From contig NC_043005.1 in the NCBI RefSeq assembly GCF_006345805.1, positions 56,916,001 to 56,980,000 of the forward strand: 64,000 nucleotides of DNA, read 5' to 3'. Both the position numbers and the translations under genes were made by a program. The notes beneath the pieces are model-generated. The model was not told where the DNA came from, searched no databases, and saw nothing but the letters and a program-made list of their open reading frames with translations. How positions within the stretch are numbered: the first letter of the stretch is position 1; each line of letters starts with the position of its first letter. This DNA is from Octopus sinensis. Lineage: Eukaryota. Below, piece by piece: positions 1 to 12,696 of this stretch.

Positions 1-567
1 TGTTCTGCGACGTGAGGACCAGAGACTTGAAGTGTTTCAGATCACAAGACTGTGAAAGAAAATTGTGATGTCATAGAGAAATGTGTCTGCATGGATGATG
101 GTACACTTGCATTTAATGATTCTGCAAAGAAAGAGACTTGGAAATGCCATTATGAAAGGTTACTAAACATGGAAAATGAATGGGAGCAGGAGAGTCTGCC
201 AAATATTGACCTGATTGGGGGCCAGCTATTTAAATCAACAGTAGCTTAGTAGATAAAGCAATTAAGGACATGAAGACAGGGAAATCCCCGGCCCATGAGG
301 AATCATAGCTGAGATGTTTGAAGTATCTGGTGGAGTAGGATATAGCCTAGTCACCTGTATCAGGTTGTCCATGAGGGAATCATACCCAATGATTGGTGTA
401 GCAGCATTATAGTCAAATGCCACATAGGCAAAGGTGATGCCTTAGGAGTAATTACAGAGGCATCAGATTGCTGGACCAGGTGATGGAAGTCACAGAAAGG
501 GTCATAAGTTTGTTAATTAGGAAGAGAGCATAGATGAGATGCAGTTCAGATTTGTGCCAGACAGGAG
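1..567 (+). mobile_element. Decayed RTE-clade LINE fragment (region leading into the reverse transcriptase)
   Basis: Frameshifted translation gives KETWKCHYERLLNMENEW, AIKDMKTGKSPGP, IPNDWCSSIIV, KGDAL..NYRGIRLLDQVM and DEMQFRFVP, typical RTE/BovB ORF motifs, with stops and frameshifts. Confidence 0.85.
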
Positions 568-995
568 CAACAGGGTTCTGCATTGTGCCACACAAGCAGG
601 AGAAGCCAGCCATGGCTGTCAGACAATTTCTGCGACCACATCACCCCTAACATCTGGCCACCTAACTCTTCAGACTGCAACTCCCTTGATTATTATGTGT
701 GGGGTGCAGTTGAGTGAGAGTCCAACAAAACTTGTAACACCAAAGATGAACTGAAGGCAAGGTTTATGGCAGCATTCACCAACTTAAACAAGGTGACTGT
801 CCAGAAGAGTTGCAGTAGATTCCGAAGTTGTCTGTAGGCTGTGGTTGAAGCCAATGGCGATTTTATTGAATAAATTTACTCATTAGTATTTCAAGATATT
901 TTTATGCAATTTTGGTAAATATATCTTGTTAAAATGAAATGTCAGTGTTATTTTAATTTTTGTGTAATTTAAGACGACATTTTATTCACTGCCCC

Positions 996-998
<3 letters not shown>
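568..998 (+). mobile_element. 3' end of a Tc1/mariner-superfamily transposon (WPPNSPDLNPLDY-type C-terminus)
   Basis: Translation reads CHTSRRSQPWLSDNF...NIWPPNSSDCNSLDYYVWG...AVVEANGDFIE*. The element ends at ...gccccctg followed by TA and a (TA)n run. Confidence 0.8.
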
Positions 999-1043
<45 letters not shown>

Positions 1044-2149
1044 TATGTATATATATATATATATATGTAGTCCAACCTACGTTAGCTTGGAAAACGGATG
1101 TTAAATGGTTGTGATACACACACACATGGTAACGTAAGTATATTTTAGGATTTTTCTATATTAGAATGTTAATTTTGACAGAGATAGTCTCCCAGCTGGA
1201 ACATTACTGGAGCATCATCACTATGTTTCTACACCAGCATGTGGTTGGACTGGTCATCATGGTTACTACTCTCCTTCACTTGTCCAGATGACTGCGCTTT
1301 GCTCATACATTTCACTAATGAGTTGATGTCTGGTTAGATGCCCTTCCTGGCCCCATCATAAGGATGTGTGAGTGAAAGGTGTAGGTGTATGATGTTAGTG
1401 TTGAGGGTATGGGAGAGGAGAGGAGTGAGTGAATGTCGATCAAGATGGGAAAGATATTTGAACTGTTTGTATGAATGGTAGGTAGGTTTGACCACAATAG
1501 GATAGACCACCAAAATGTGTGTGACATTCTAGTTGATAACCCTATTGTATACAGTAACCTCTTATTATGCTGTCAGGTAGATGTGTCCAGCTGGTGTCTC
1601 TCTGTCCAGAGTATTTCATACTACCATGAGTAGGTGTGAACTTTGCCCGTTTAGACAATATTTTATGTTTCTGCTGGATTATTAACAGATTGAACATATG
1701 CCTTACAGTTGCTTTTGTTTGGTAACATAAATGTTATTCTGGTGTATGCTTTAAAATTTATGGAATTCCTAAGGCATTTCTGTTATGTATGACCAATTTC
1801 AATTTCACTGTAGCTTTGGGCCAACCATAATGGAATTTGATGTTGATAGAGAAAGAGACTGCAGAAAACCCATTGTGTGTGAGTGTTTCAGTATACATAC
1901 TCCACACTTGCCACTGCTTGAGTGAAATAGTGGTGCTGAGGTTAACATTCCTTGTTGATATGACTATTTCCTGAACAATAGGTAGGTGTTGGTGACAGGA
2001 AAAGCATCCTGGTATAAGATCTTGCCTTAAATAATTCCCCATCCATGCTCACAATAGAATGGAAATGAAGTTAAACAAGGCATTCTTTATCAGTATAGTG
2101 GCTAAAAACAACCTGCTTTACACTGAAGCAATTCGGAAAGTCTGATTTT

Positions 2150-2330
2150 CATCATCATCATCATTTAACATCTGTTTTCCATGCTGGTATGGGTTGGATG
2201 GTTTGACCAGAGCTGGAGAGCTGCACTGGGTACCAGTCTAATTTGGCTTGGTTTCTACAGTTGGATGCCCTTCCTAACTCCAACCACTTTACAATGTATG
2301 CCAGGTACTTTTAATGTGGTACTGGCACTC
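2150..2330 (-). mobile_element. SINE/retroposon with (GAT)n tail (family B; many copies in the window)
   Basis: Contains the catcatcatttaacatc..ttccatgctggtatgggttggatggtttgac..ggatgcccttcctaa motif. It recurs at ~4440-4645, 7935-8135, 14780-14985, 21418-21660, 24103, 32232, 42065, 48300, 56589 and 60690. Confidence 0.7.
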
Positions 2331-2334
2331 TTGT

Positions 2335-2720
2335 CTACTCTTTTACTTGTTTCAGTCATTTGACTGTGGCCATTCTGGAGCACCACCTTAAAGGGTTCTT
2401 TTAGTCAAGCAAATCGACCCCAGAACTTATTTTTTGTAAGCTTAGTATTCTATCAGTCTCTTTTAGTGAACCACTAAGTTATTGGGACATAAACACACCA
2501 GCATCATTTGTCAAGTGATGGTGAGGTGGGGTGGTGTGACAAAAACACTGATACACACACATTCATACATACACACATACACAATACACAACAGGCTTCT
2601 TTCCGTTTCCGTCTACCAAATCCACCCACAAGGTTTTGGTTAGTCTGAAGCTATTGTCAAAGACACTTGCCCAAGGTGCCACACAGTGGGACTGAACCTG
2701 GAACCATGTGGTTGGGAATG
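2335..2720 (-). mobile_element. tRNA-derived, CORE-like SINE (family A) with internal CA microsatellite
   Basis: Reverse complement of the copy at 4843-5222: B-box-like ggttccaggttcagtccc, then ccttgggcaagtgtc (CORE-like), gtggatttggtagacggaaac and the tail aaatgactgaaacaagtaaaag. Confidence 0.8.
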
Positions 2721-3894
2721 TTTTGCTTTGATTCTAATTTCTGTTATTTTTTCTCGCTCTTCACCTCCCACCTTTTGAAATTCTTTTAACCAAGAGAGAT
2801 TCTCTAGCTATTTTACTTTTTCATATGTTGCTATATATGTGTGTGTGTGTGTTGCTGTATTTTTCTCAAGTCTGCATTCAGAAATATATTGGACTTTTCT
2901 TTGTATTGTTTCCTTAATTCTTAAGAAGCAAGGCAGAATGTTATTGAGTTCCCAAATTGTGAACAAGTGCAATGTGTCTATTGATACTGTATGAAGAGGG
3001 AGCTTCTGTGTAGTAGCTTGATCTACTAGAAATAGCTGTCAGTTCTCCCTCAAATCACACCGATCTTAGAAAGAAGGGACACATTGGAGATCATAGTCCT
3101 TGATTTCTAGGTAAAAGACTGTATAGTAATAACCAGTTTTCTTTTTGTTTTTGATCATAGGTCTGCTGAATCAGGATTGACTTTATGCTAATATAATTAC
3201 TATGTCTGCTATTGAACAGCTGTGAGATCTCAGTCATTCATAAATTGCTGCAGGGTTTACTTCTGCAGCAGCAGCCTGCCATACAAATGAACAATGTACA
3301 GCCTGGTGGACATTCGAGAAAATTAAGTAGTATGTGTGTCAGAGTTGACATAACTGTAGTATTAGTAGTAATAGTAGTAGTAGTAGTAGTCTTAATCAGA
3401 CCAAAGGTTGGAAGGAAATGGTTGTGTGACAATAGTCTACTACTACTACTGCTATATATATGATTTGGTAACCTGTACCATGCTTTTTGCTAATTTTATT
3501 TTGAGTGCCTATGAAGTCAGCAGATATCGACATCTTAGCTCTTGCATCCTTGACTAAGAGGAACATTCAGGAGGTGGTTGTTGGAGGGAGGGAGGTTTGC
3601 ACCTACACTCAAATAGTACTCATTTTCAGCTGAGTAAACTAAAGCAATGTGAAGAAGTGCTCACCAATGTAATGATGTGCTGTTTGATCCAGAAATTGAA
3701 TTTGTGATCTTCTGATCATGACTTTAACACCCAAATCACTGGCTCATGCACCATCACACATATTTCTATGTCTATATATGTATATGCACAGGCATGGCTG
3801 TATGGTTAAGAATGATTGGATGTGTTTGATGAAAACTGTAAAAAGCCTCTTGTGTGTGTTTGCGTATGTATATATATATATATATATATATATG

Positions 3895-4107
3895 TTCTTT
3901 TATTTATTTCAGTCATTTGACTGTGGTCATGCTGGAGTACCACCTTCAGTTGAACAAATCAACCCTAGGACTTCTTCTTTGTAAGCCTAGTGCTTATTCT
4001 ATTGGTCTCTTTTGCCAAACTGCTGACAGGGACTTAAACACACCAACATCAGTTGTCAAGTGATGGTGGGGGGCAAACAGACACACACATACATGCGAGT
4101 GGATTTG

Positions 4108-4149
<42 letters not shown>

Positions 4150-4307
4150 CAGGCTTCTTCCAGTTTCCATCTACCAAATCCATTCACAAGGCTTGCTTTT
4201 GGTCGGCCCGAAGCTATAATAGAAGAAACTTACCCAAGGTGCCATCCAGTGGGACTGAACCTGGAACCATGTAGTTGGGAAGCAAGCTTCTTACCACATA
4301 GCCATGC
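3895..4307 (-). mobile_element. Family A SINE
   Basis: Same blocks as 2335-2720, with an internal (TA)n. Confidence 0.8.
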
Positions 4308-4842
4308 ACACACACACACACACACACACATGTAGTATTGAGACATCTGGTGGTTTGCTGTGCTTGAAAAGACAAGCCAAACTTTGTAAAAACATTGTTG
4401 CCCTTGCATACAGGCTTGTCCCTTGTAACCCTCTTTAGCTGAGCATCCCTAATCTGGGCTCATAAGTGTTGGTGCCGTGTTGTGTAAAAGTACTCTGTAC
4501 ACTCTGTAAAGTGGTTGGCATTAGGAAAAGCATCTAGCTGTAAAAACCATGCCAAAACAGACATGGAGCCTGAACAGCCCTTCAGCTGGTCAGCTTTTGT
4601 CAAACTGTCCAACCATGCCAGCATGGAAACCAGACATAAAATGATGTGTGTGTGTCTGTGTTGTTTGTCCCCACCACTGCTTGACAACCAGTGTTGATTT
4701 GTTTGGCAAACGAGATTGATAGAATAAGTGCCAAGCTTTAAAAAAATAAGTACTAATGTTGATTTATTTGACTAAATCCTTCAAGGTGGTACCTCAATGA
4801 CTGAAATAGGTAAAAGATATATATATATATATATATATATAT

Positions 4843-5222
4843 AGGCACAGGAGTGGCTGTGTGGTAAGTAGCTTGATTACTAACCACATGGTTCCAGGTC
4901 CAGTCCCACTGTGTGGTATCTTGGGCAAGTGTCTTCTGCTATAGCCTCGGGCCAACCAAAGCCTTGTGAGTGGATTTGGTAGATAGAAACTGAAAGAAAC
5001 CTGTTGTGTATATGTGTGTGTGTTTGTGTTTATCCTCCACCATTGCTTGACAACCGATACTAGTGTGTTTATGTCCCCGTAACTTAGCGCTTCTGCATAA
5101 GGGACCAATAGAAAAGGTACTAGGCTTACAAAGAATAAGTCCTGAGGTTGATTTGCTTGACTAAAGCCAGTTCTCCAGCATGGCTGCAGTCAAATGACTG
5201 AAACGAGAAAGAGAATAAAAGA
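4843..5222 (+). mobile_element. Family A SINE, near full length
   Basis: ggcacaggagtggctgtgtggtaag (A-box-like), ggttccaggtccagtccc (B-box-like), cttgggcaagtgtcttct, internal (TG)n, 3' aaatgactgaaac. Further copies or heads at ~5235, 11810, 14250-14597(-), 15180-15500(-), 19555, 20493-20905, 24925-25290, 36860(-), 41600, 42675-43083(-) and 57078. Confidence 0.85.
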
Positions 5223-7820
5223 ATATGTTATTGCAGGCAGGCTGTGTATTAAGAAGTTTGCTTCCCAGCCACATGGTTTTGGGTCAGTCTTACTGCGTGG
5301 CACCTTGAGCAAATGTCTTTATAGCCCTAGGTCAACAATAATCTTGCGAGTGGATTTGGTATACAGAAACTGAAAGACACTCCTTATATATATGTGTGTG
5401 TGAGTGTGTTTGTGTCCTCTTGTTTTGACATTGAATGATTTGTAAATGAATTTCATTTATTTCCATGATCCTGTGAAACCATATTTGGGCATAGGAAAAT
5501 ATTATCTTGCTTGGAAACTTGTAAGGGCATCATAGCTGTTGCAGGAAGGGCATCTGGCTATTGCAAAATCTGCTTCAATAAACTTTGTCTGACCTATGCA
5601 AGCATGGAAGAGTGGACATATATTTTGTACAACTGTGTGTGTATGTCAGGATATCCTATAATTAATTTTTTCTTCTTGGTAAATTTAAATGTTTATGTAA
5701 TCTGTTGCTGATTTAACACCATCATATAACCACTACAACTGCATTATCCTTGGTACATGAAGACCAGGTCTTTGACCTGAGGATAACTCAGTATTTTCAC
5801 ATTGTTTTTTTTCCTATTATAGCAGTTGATAGGTTAGAGTCTCTTATGCCTTTTCTTCCACTAGTTTCAAATGCCTTACAAAGGTCGTAGGTGATATTAT
5901 TTTTCCTATGATGAAGCTGCTAAAAAAAATAAAATAAAGTGGTGCAAGTGTTCTCAGATGGTTCCCAGAAGTTTTGAAACCTAAAAGTGACATAATCTTC
6001 TTCAGCAAGTATTTGCTGTCCAGTTCATATCAGCATAGAAAATGGACATAAAATGATAATACTGACAATGATTATAACTACCATTTAACTGATGCTTTTT
6101 TTATGTACTAAGTACCCTATTGACTTTGGTAATTATCTATTAATGAAGAGAACTCTTGTGACTAATGAAGAATTAGAAATTCATGTAATCTCTTATCATT
6201 AATCAACACTTCTAATAGCTTTGTGTAATTAATTAATTAATTAATTAGTTCTAATCATCTATGATTAAGCAAAATCTCTGTCCTGGAAATATCTGGTTGA
6301 ATGTTTGCTTGGAAGTCCACAGTTTCAGCACCCTCAGTGTGCTGCTGTGTGTACTGCAGTCTGTTTGTGGTACTCTGCCGTATGCTTAGTGTTTAATCAG
6401 TGTGCGTGTGTTGTTGACTCATAGTCAAAGTATGTTTTATCTTCTACTTTGTTGCTTGCTCTTGAAGATTCAAGTGAGTCATGCCATTCAATTGAGATGA
6501 TGAGATGGATTCTGTTCAATTCCTTGAGCTTCATAGGAGAATGTTTAGCAGCCTAGCACTATTTAAACCTAGTGTTGCTATTTTCTATATATATTATCTT
6601 CCATTAGTTATTTTAATTTGGTGAGAGGTGATAGGTATTTTTAGAATAATGCTCTATTATGATTATTGGCTGTGTTGTTAATGAATTCAGTCTAGAACCA
6701 TGTAGTTAAGAGCTTGTTCACACTGTGTGGTACTGCAGATAGACATCCTCTAGTGTAGCCTCAGCCTGACCAATTCTTTTTGAGTTAAACTGGTAGATGG
6801 GTCAAGATACATAGGTATTTCTGGTTTCTCCTTGTCTTGATGCTTGCACTTTCATAAAAAACACAGTCACCATCCATACCAATGCTGTCATTGTCTAAAG
6901 TCTGTTACAAAAACATGTCCAGCCGGTGAACTGTTTATTGTCCAAATGACCAGCTGAAATATTACTTTCCTTGGAAACAGGCAAGGGCTTGTAACATAAA
7001 GAGCATCTTGCTGTAGAAAAATCTACCTAAGATTGTGTCTGCCCCATGATGATGATTGTCGTAAACATCCACTTGTGAATATTCAATATGTTCAGTGATA
7101 GGAAGTTTGGATTTGTGCCATTGGAATTGTAGAGGAATTCATTTTTAAACAGGGTACAGGGCCATGGAAATGTTTTAGTATAGGGATTGCTAAGCAAAGT
7201 GTGTTTAGTATAGGGTGTTTGTTATCTAGTTAGTGATACATGGATAAAAGCAGGAAGTCCTATGGCCAATGTTCCATTTAAGCTGCACAATTGTACAACC
7301 ACTGTGTTGGTGCTGTGCACATAAAATGTTGCCAATCATTTTAATTTACAAATGTATACCTGATGAGCTGCCTAAAAAATTTGGCTGCTGCTCATTTGAT
7401 TCTAAAATATTTTTACTCATTGCATTGAAAGTCCTACTTGGTGGTTACAAAAAATTAGACAGAGAACATAGCCTTTAGTAGTGATTTGAGTTGTTTTGCT
7501 TTTGAAATACAGCAAACTGTAAAACTATATTAATGTTCTAAGCTGTTTATGAATCATAAATGTGACTGACTGATAGTATCTCTAAGGATTGGAGCAACTC
7601 ATTGAGATAACTTGGTTCTCTGTTTGCCAGATGTAGTTATTAAAACCTTTTTTTTACTTACTGGGTTTAGAATAAGGAGCAGCGCCTATGACCTTTGAGT
7701 CTGGTGCAACCCCTCTCCTGATAAGACCATCCAATCCATGCCAGCATGGACAACAGACGTTCAATGATGATGATGATATGTGTGTATCTATATATACATA
7801 TGTGGATGTGTGTATGTATA

Positions 7821-7851
<31 letters not shown>

Positions 7852-7878
7852 GTATATGTAACTATTTGTGTATATATA

Positions 7879-7930
<52 letters not shown>

Positions 7931-8954
7931 AACGTGCCTGTGCCATGTAAAAATTCCTATGCCAGTTCCACTTAAAATGCACCCAATATACACTATAAAG
8001 TGGTTGGCATTAGGAAGGGCGTCAACCCTTAGAAACCATTGCCAGAATGGACTTGGAGCCTGCAGCTGGCTAGCGCCTGTCAAACCATCCAACCCATGCC
8101 AGCATGGAAAACATGTGAAATGATGATGTTGATGATATATATATATGGCAGGTGACTTGATGCATCACTGGTAGGTGAAAAGAGCCAATTGAAATCATGG
8201 TTCCAGAAAGCTTTCAAAAGAAAAGACTGTAATTACATGAAACATTTATACATAAAATAGCTTTTACTTAAGCAAAGAAGATAATTAGTTGGACTTTTGA
8301 GTTCTTGCACCAAACTAAACTCCCTTCCTTAGCACAACTGTAATTGTTGTTTAGTTTTGGATTAGCCTGTTATAGCTAAGTAAAAATACTTAGCAGCCAA
8401 AGTATGTGTGTGTGTGTGCACATTCATATGAAAAGTACTGTTGTGTTTATCTTTACATTTATATGGTATGGTTTGTTTTGCAAATTTGAAATATTTTGTG
8501 AGAATTTTTGGAGAATGTTTAGAGCTGGACATTCCTTCCTTTTTATTCAGCTGAAGTGGGAGTGGTGTGGCTCAATTTTCAATTAAACCGACTGAATCAA
8601 ATAATGTGTTTTATCTAATGACAAATCTGAGTGAGAGGAGAGGAGTAATACTATTTGAATGAATGGTGAAGCTGTGTTCAAAATAATAATGTGATAGTGC
8701 AGCACCTTAGTGGTACCTTCACACATGGACATGTATTGCTTTAGCCTTAATTTTTAAATAAAGTATTTAGAGAAATAATTAATTTCTCCATCATTAAGCA
8801 GGTATGTTCACACAACTCAAAATGTCCTGGTAGCACAGGACTGGCCAGAGCTCAGAAAATATATAGTGTTCTATTTAATGAAAGACAGAACAGTGGAAAG
8901 TAGAACTTACTGGTGTTCACAATAGATATTTCTACTTTGTTTTACTTTATTTAA

Positions 8955-9157
8955 CCCTTTAGCCATATCTGGCCTAAATATTCTACCTGTTCTATTTTCA
9001 AACCAGCCAGATTTGGCCTCTCGCACCTACCTCATAATGTTATTCTAAAAGTGAATAAGAACATTGAAATCTTAAAGTTACAAGATAATGCATGGTTAAT
9101 TCGAAACAGTGAATATATAAGCACTATATTTGACAGAATAATCTGAGTACTAAAGGG
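8955..9157. mobile_element. piggyBac-like MITE
   Basis: TTAA|CCCTTTAG ... CTAAAGGG|TTAA, i.e. a TTAA target duplication with CCC termini. Related copies at ~12954-13140 and ~15740-15946. Confidence 0.75.
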
Positions 9158-9309
9158 TTAAGCATGTTTGCTGATTTGGGGAAGATGGTTTTTATTTCAT
9201 TACAGAGATTTCATTCACTCATCATGATAGAGGCTACAGAGGCACCCATTGCAGTGTATGTACTTGCTGAAGTGCAATATGCCCAAAGTGATATTGAAGT
9301 TAGTAATAT

Positions 9310-9510
9310 TGGTTTCAAATTTTGGCACAAGGCCAACACATTTGGAGGAAGGAGTAAGTTGTTTATGTTGACCCCAGTGCATGACTGGTACTTATTTTAT
9401 CGACCCTGAAAAGATGAAAGTCAAAGTTGATTTTGGGGCGGAATTTAAACTCAGAATGTAAAGATGGATGAAATACTGCTGCTAACGATTGTGCCAACTA
9501 GCCATCTTAT
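9310..9510 (-). mobile_element. SINE family C
   Basis: caaattttggcacaaggcc..gactggtacttattttatcgaccctgaaaagatgaaag..ggaatttaaactcagaatg is the reverse of the TSD-flanked copy at 49558-49753. Confidence 0.7.
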
Positions 9511-10774
9511 TGAAGTTAGTAATATTGATAATGCTATGCTGTTTCTTTTGTCAGTTTGTCAAAAGGTGGATTTATAGTTTAATTACTAGTGTTGAATTTG
9601 TTCTCATACAGTCCAATATATGGTGTAGGAGTGTGTATGTGTGCGAATATATATATATGTTTATATGTAGATAATGATGTTATTTAAAGCATGTTTAAGA
9701 ACGACAGATATACTGAGAATAGAATCAAATTTATTATCAAAGGAATACTCTGCCCTCACTTTGTCAAAACTTCTGGCCTTGAACCATTGGAAATCATTAT
9801 TATTAAATATTCTACTGTACTCTGATATATTTTATTAATGATTTTTCTATTACCTTACTAGGAAACAGCATCATCATAATATTTATGTTTGCTTTTCTAT
9901 GCTTGCATGAGTTGGAGTGCTCTTTCCATCACAGTAACTTGCTGTTTGTTTTTTTTTTTGTAAATTTTTTTATGAGGCTCAACAGTCTGAGATTAGCATT
10001 TACAACTGCTGCCAATATCTTCCTTAGTCTTCTTTTTCAAATATGTTATCTTGGTATATCTTAACCCATCTATCATTCATAATCTGCATCACATCTGTTC
10101 CAATACATTGTTGTATACTACAATTGATTCCTCTTATACCTGGTTTATCTCTCAGTTCGTCTGTACCACACCAGCATTACACATTTTGCTGATCAACAAG
10201 CATAACCATGATATACATAATTTCCCTCCACACAAAAAACTAGATGGTCATTAATGCCAATGTTATTTAACACACATACATGGCACCCTTGTAACAAACT
10301 AGGATTAGTTCCTGGTTGAAATAAATATCCAATCTGGTGATAATGACCATCACATGATTCTTGATTATAAAATGATAATAACAAAGGCAACTAAATGTTA
10401 GTTCATCCACAAGACAGTGAAAAAGTCTAAGAACATCAATGAACCTTGGATGCTTATTCCTAGTAAAATATCAAGGACTAATAAAGAAATGGGAAAAATT
10501 TATAATATATAAGGTTTCCTGTGTGCACAAATCTCTCTTTTTCTCAGTGTTTTACTTGACAATGGGAGGAAAAACATTCAGCGATATATGTGAAATTCAT
10601 TTATTCAAAGCTGAGGTTTTCCTTTTACATTGTTCAAAATATGAGAAATGGAAATGAAACTCAGTAGTTTTAATGTCCTTTACATTAGCCTTCATTTTTA
10701 CCAAAACTTGTGATATTTGGTGGTGGAAAGTGTGCAGGAGCCTCTGTTATATATATATATATATATTATATAAT

Positions 10775-11354
10775 TTGGTATAAGAAGAGACAAAAATTTA
10801 GATAATCATTCTATATTTATGATTTACATATAACAAATTTACATCAAGACAAGGAACATATCCATTTATTATTTAGGATAGAAATAAGTTATAAGGAGGT
10901 AAAAATGTATGTGAAAAGAATAAATAAAGGTTGATATATTTTAAATTTAAGGTTAAAAAAATTAAGTATTAAAAGTTGTAAGATACATTGGTAGTAGTAA
11001 GTAATCCTAATTATGGATTTAAAAGTTCCAAAGAAATGTTTATAGAGGGTTATGCAATTCATATAACGCTCTATAACATTTCTTCGGAACTCCTCTAAAC
11101 TTTTACATCCATTATTAGGATTTCTCAACTGCCGATGTATCTTACAACTTTTAATACTTAATTCATTTTTTTAACCTTAAATTTAAAATTATTTTTAATT
11201 GCTATATCAACTTTTATTTATTTATCCTTTTCACGTACATTTTTACCTCCTATAACTTATTTCCACCCTAAATAATATAGGGATATGTTCCTTGTCTTGA
11301 TGTAAATCATAAATATAGAATGATTATCTAAATTTTTGTTTCTTCTTATACCAA
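10775..11354. repeat. ~580-bp foldback (near-complete palindrome), probably a MITE
   Basis: ttggtataagaaga...tcttcttataccaa. The arms pair, with mismatches and small indels, all the way to a centre near 11057. Confidence 0.9.
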
Positions 11355-12310
11355 GTCTGACGTCTCGGGTTTGACCTCAGCACTTCCTAGCAATTGTGTA
11401 AAAAAAAAAAAACTTTTTCGAAAGAAAAAACAATATTTTATATATATATGTTTATATATATATATACACACACGCATACACATACACGCACATATGTTTG
11501 TCTGTCTATTTGCCATGATAGATTGCTAGCCACGAAACCTGTCTTATTTTCTCTCCCTGTTCCTTTCTGTCAAAGAGCATAGGCTCGAAATGTAAAAAAA
11601 CTTTCTCACTTTCCGAGCGTGAAACTAATATAGCTGTTTGTTGTTAACACACCTATCTTCGTCTTTTGTTTTTTTGTAAATTCTCACTATCTGTCTATCT
11701 ATATATAATGCACACACACACACATTTATATATGTGTTTGTGTAAATATATGGTTGTGCACATGTGTATCAACCGTTAAAAGTCTGATGCTCTGCTGACT
11801 GAGCTGTGCAGGCATGGATGTGTGATGAGAAGTTTGCTTTCCAATTACATGGTTCCGGGTTCAGTCCTATTGCTTGGCACTTTGGGCAAGTGTCTTTTAT
11901 TATAGCCTTGGGCTGACCAAAGTCTTCTCCTTGTCTTGACCTTGCATATAGTTGCAAATGATTGTTACTATTAAAGTGCTGTCATTCATTTCCAGTATCT
12001 TATGAGAACATGTGTGGCCATGGGGGAACTACTATCTTGCTTGGTAACATGAAAGGCATTGGGTCGTGGGAAATATGACTCGTGCAATCATGGGAAAGTG
12101 GATGTTGAAATGAAATGTTATTCAAACACACACACACACATTTAGATTACCAAACTGCTGGTATTTGCACAAAGATTGACTCTGTCTAGCTTTAGTTTAT
12201 AAGAAGATGGGCAAAACAAGTACTATTCAAAGACGAGGTCAATATACTGCTGAAAACCCTAACAAACTAGGTTCTGGCATGACTGCAGTTGAAAGATAGA
12301 CACTAGTAAA

Positions 12311-12696
12311 TGGAAGCACTCCGTCGGTTACGACGACGAGGGTTCCGGTTGATCCGAATCAACGGAACAGCCTGCTCGTGAAATTAACGTGTAAGTGGCT
12401 GAGCACTCCACAGACACGTGTACCCTTAACGTAGTTCTCGGGGATATTCAGCGTGACAAAGAGAGTGACAAGGCCGGCCCTTTGAAATACAGGTACAACA
12501 GAAACAGGAAGTAAGAGTGAGAGAAAGTTGTGGTGAAAGAGTACAGCAGGGATCACCACCATCCCCTGCCGGAGTCTCGTGGAGCTTTAGGTGTTTTCGC
12601 TCAATAAACACTCACAACGCCAGGTCTGGGAATCGAAACCGCGATCCTATGACCGCGAGTCCGCTGCCCTAACCACTGGGCCATTGCGCCTCCACC
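12311..12696 (-). mobile_element. Young tRNA-derived SINE (family D), full length with TSD
   Basis: CpG-intact tRNA-like head (reverse complement ggcgcaatggcccagtggttagggc...ggtttcgattccc). An 11-bp TSD acactagtaaa lies at 12300-12310 and 12697-12707. Near-identical to 32691-33077. Confidence 0.9.

Noticed and set aside
3212-3463. 83-aa ORF with a poly-Q stretch and a hydrophobic run
   Set aside because: It has a non-ATG start, the hydrophobic run is a (GTA)n microsatellite, and there are no convincing splice sites or homology.
7654-8092. Many overlapping ORFs rich in YIYI/THTH/VCVC (also 41365-41888, 51865-52390, 54031-54249)
   Set aside because: They are translations of dinucleotide microsatellites.
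12359-12611. ORFs repeated almost identically at 32777-33106
   Set aside because: The identity reflects two copies of a SINE, not a conserved protein.
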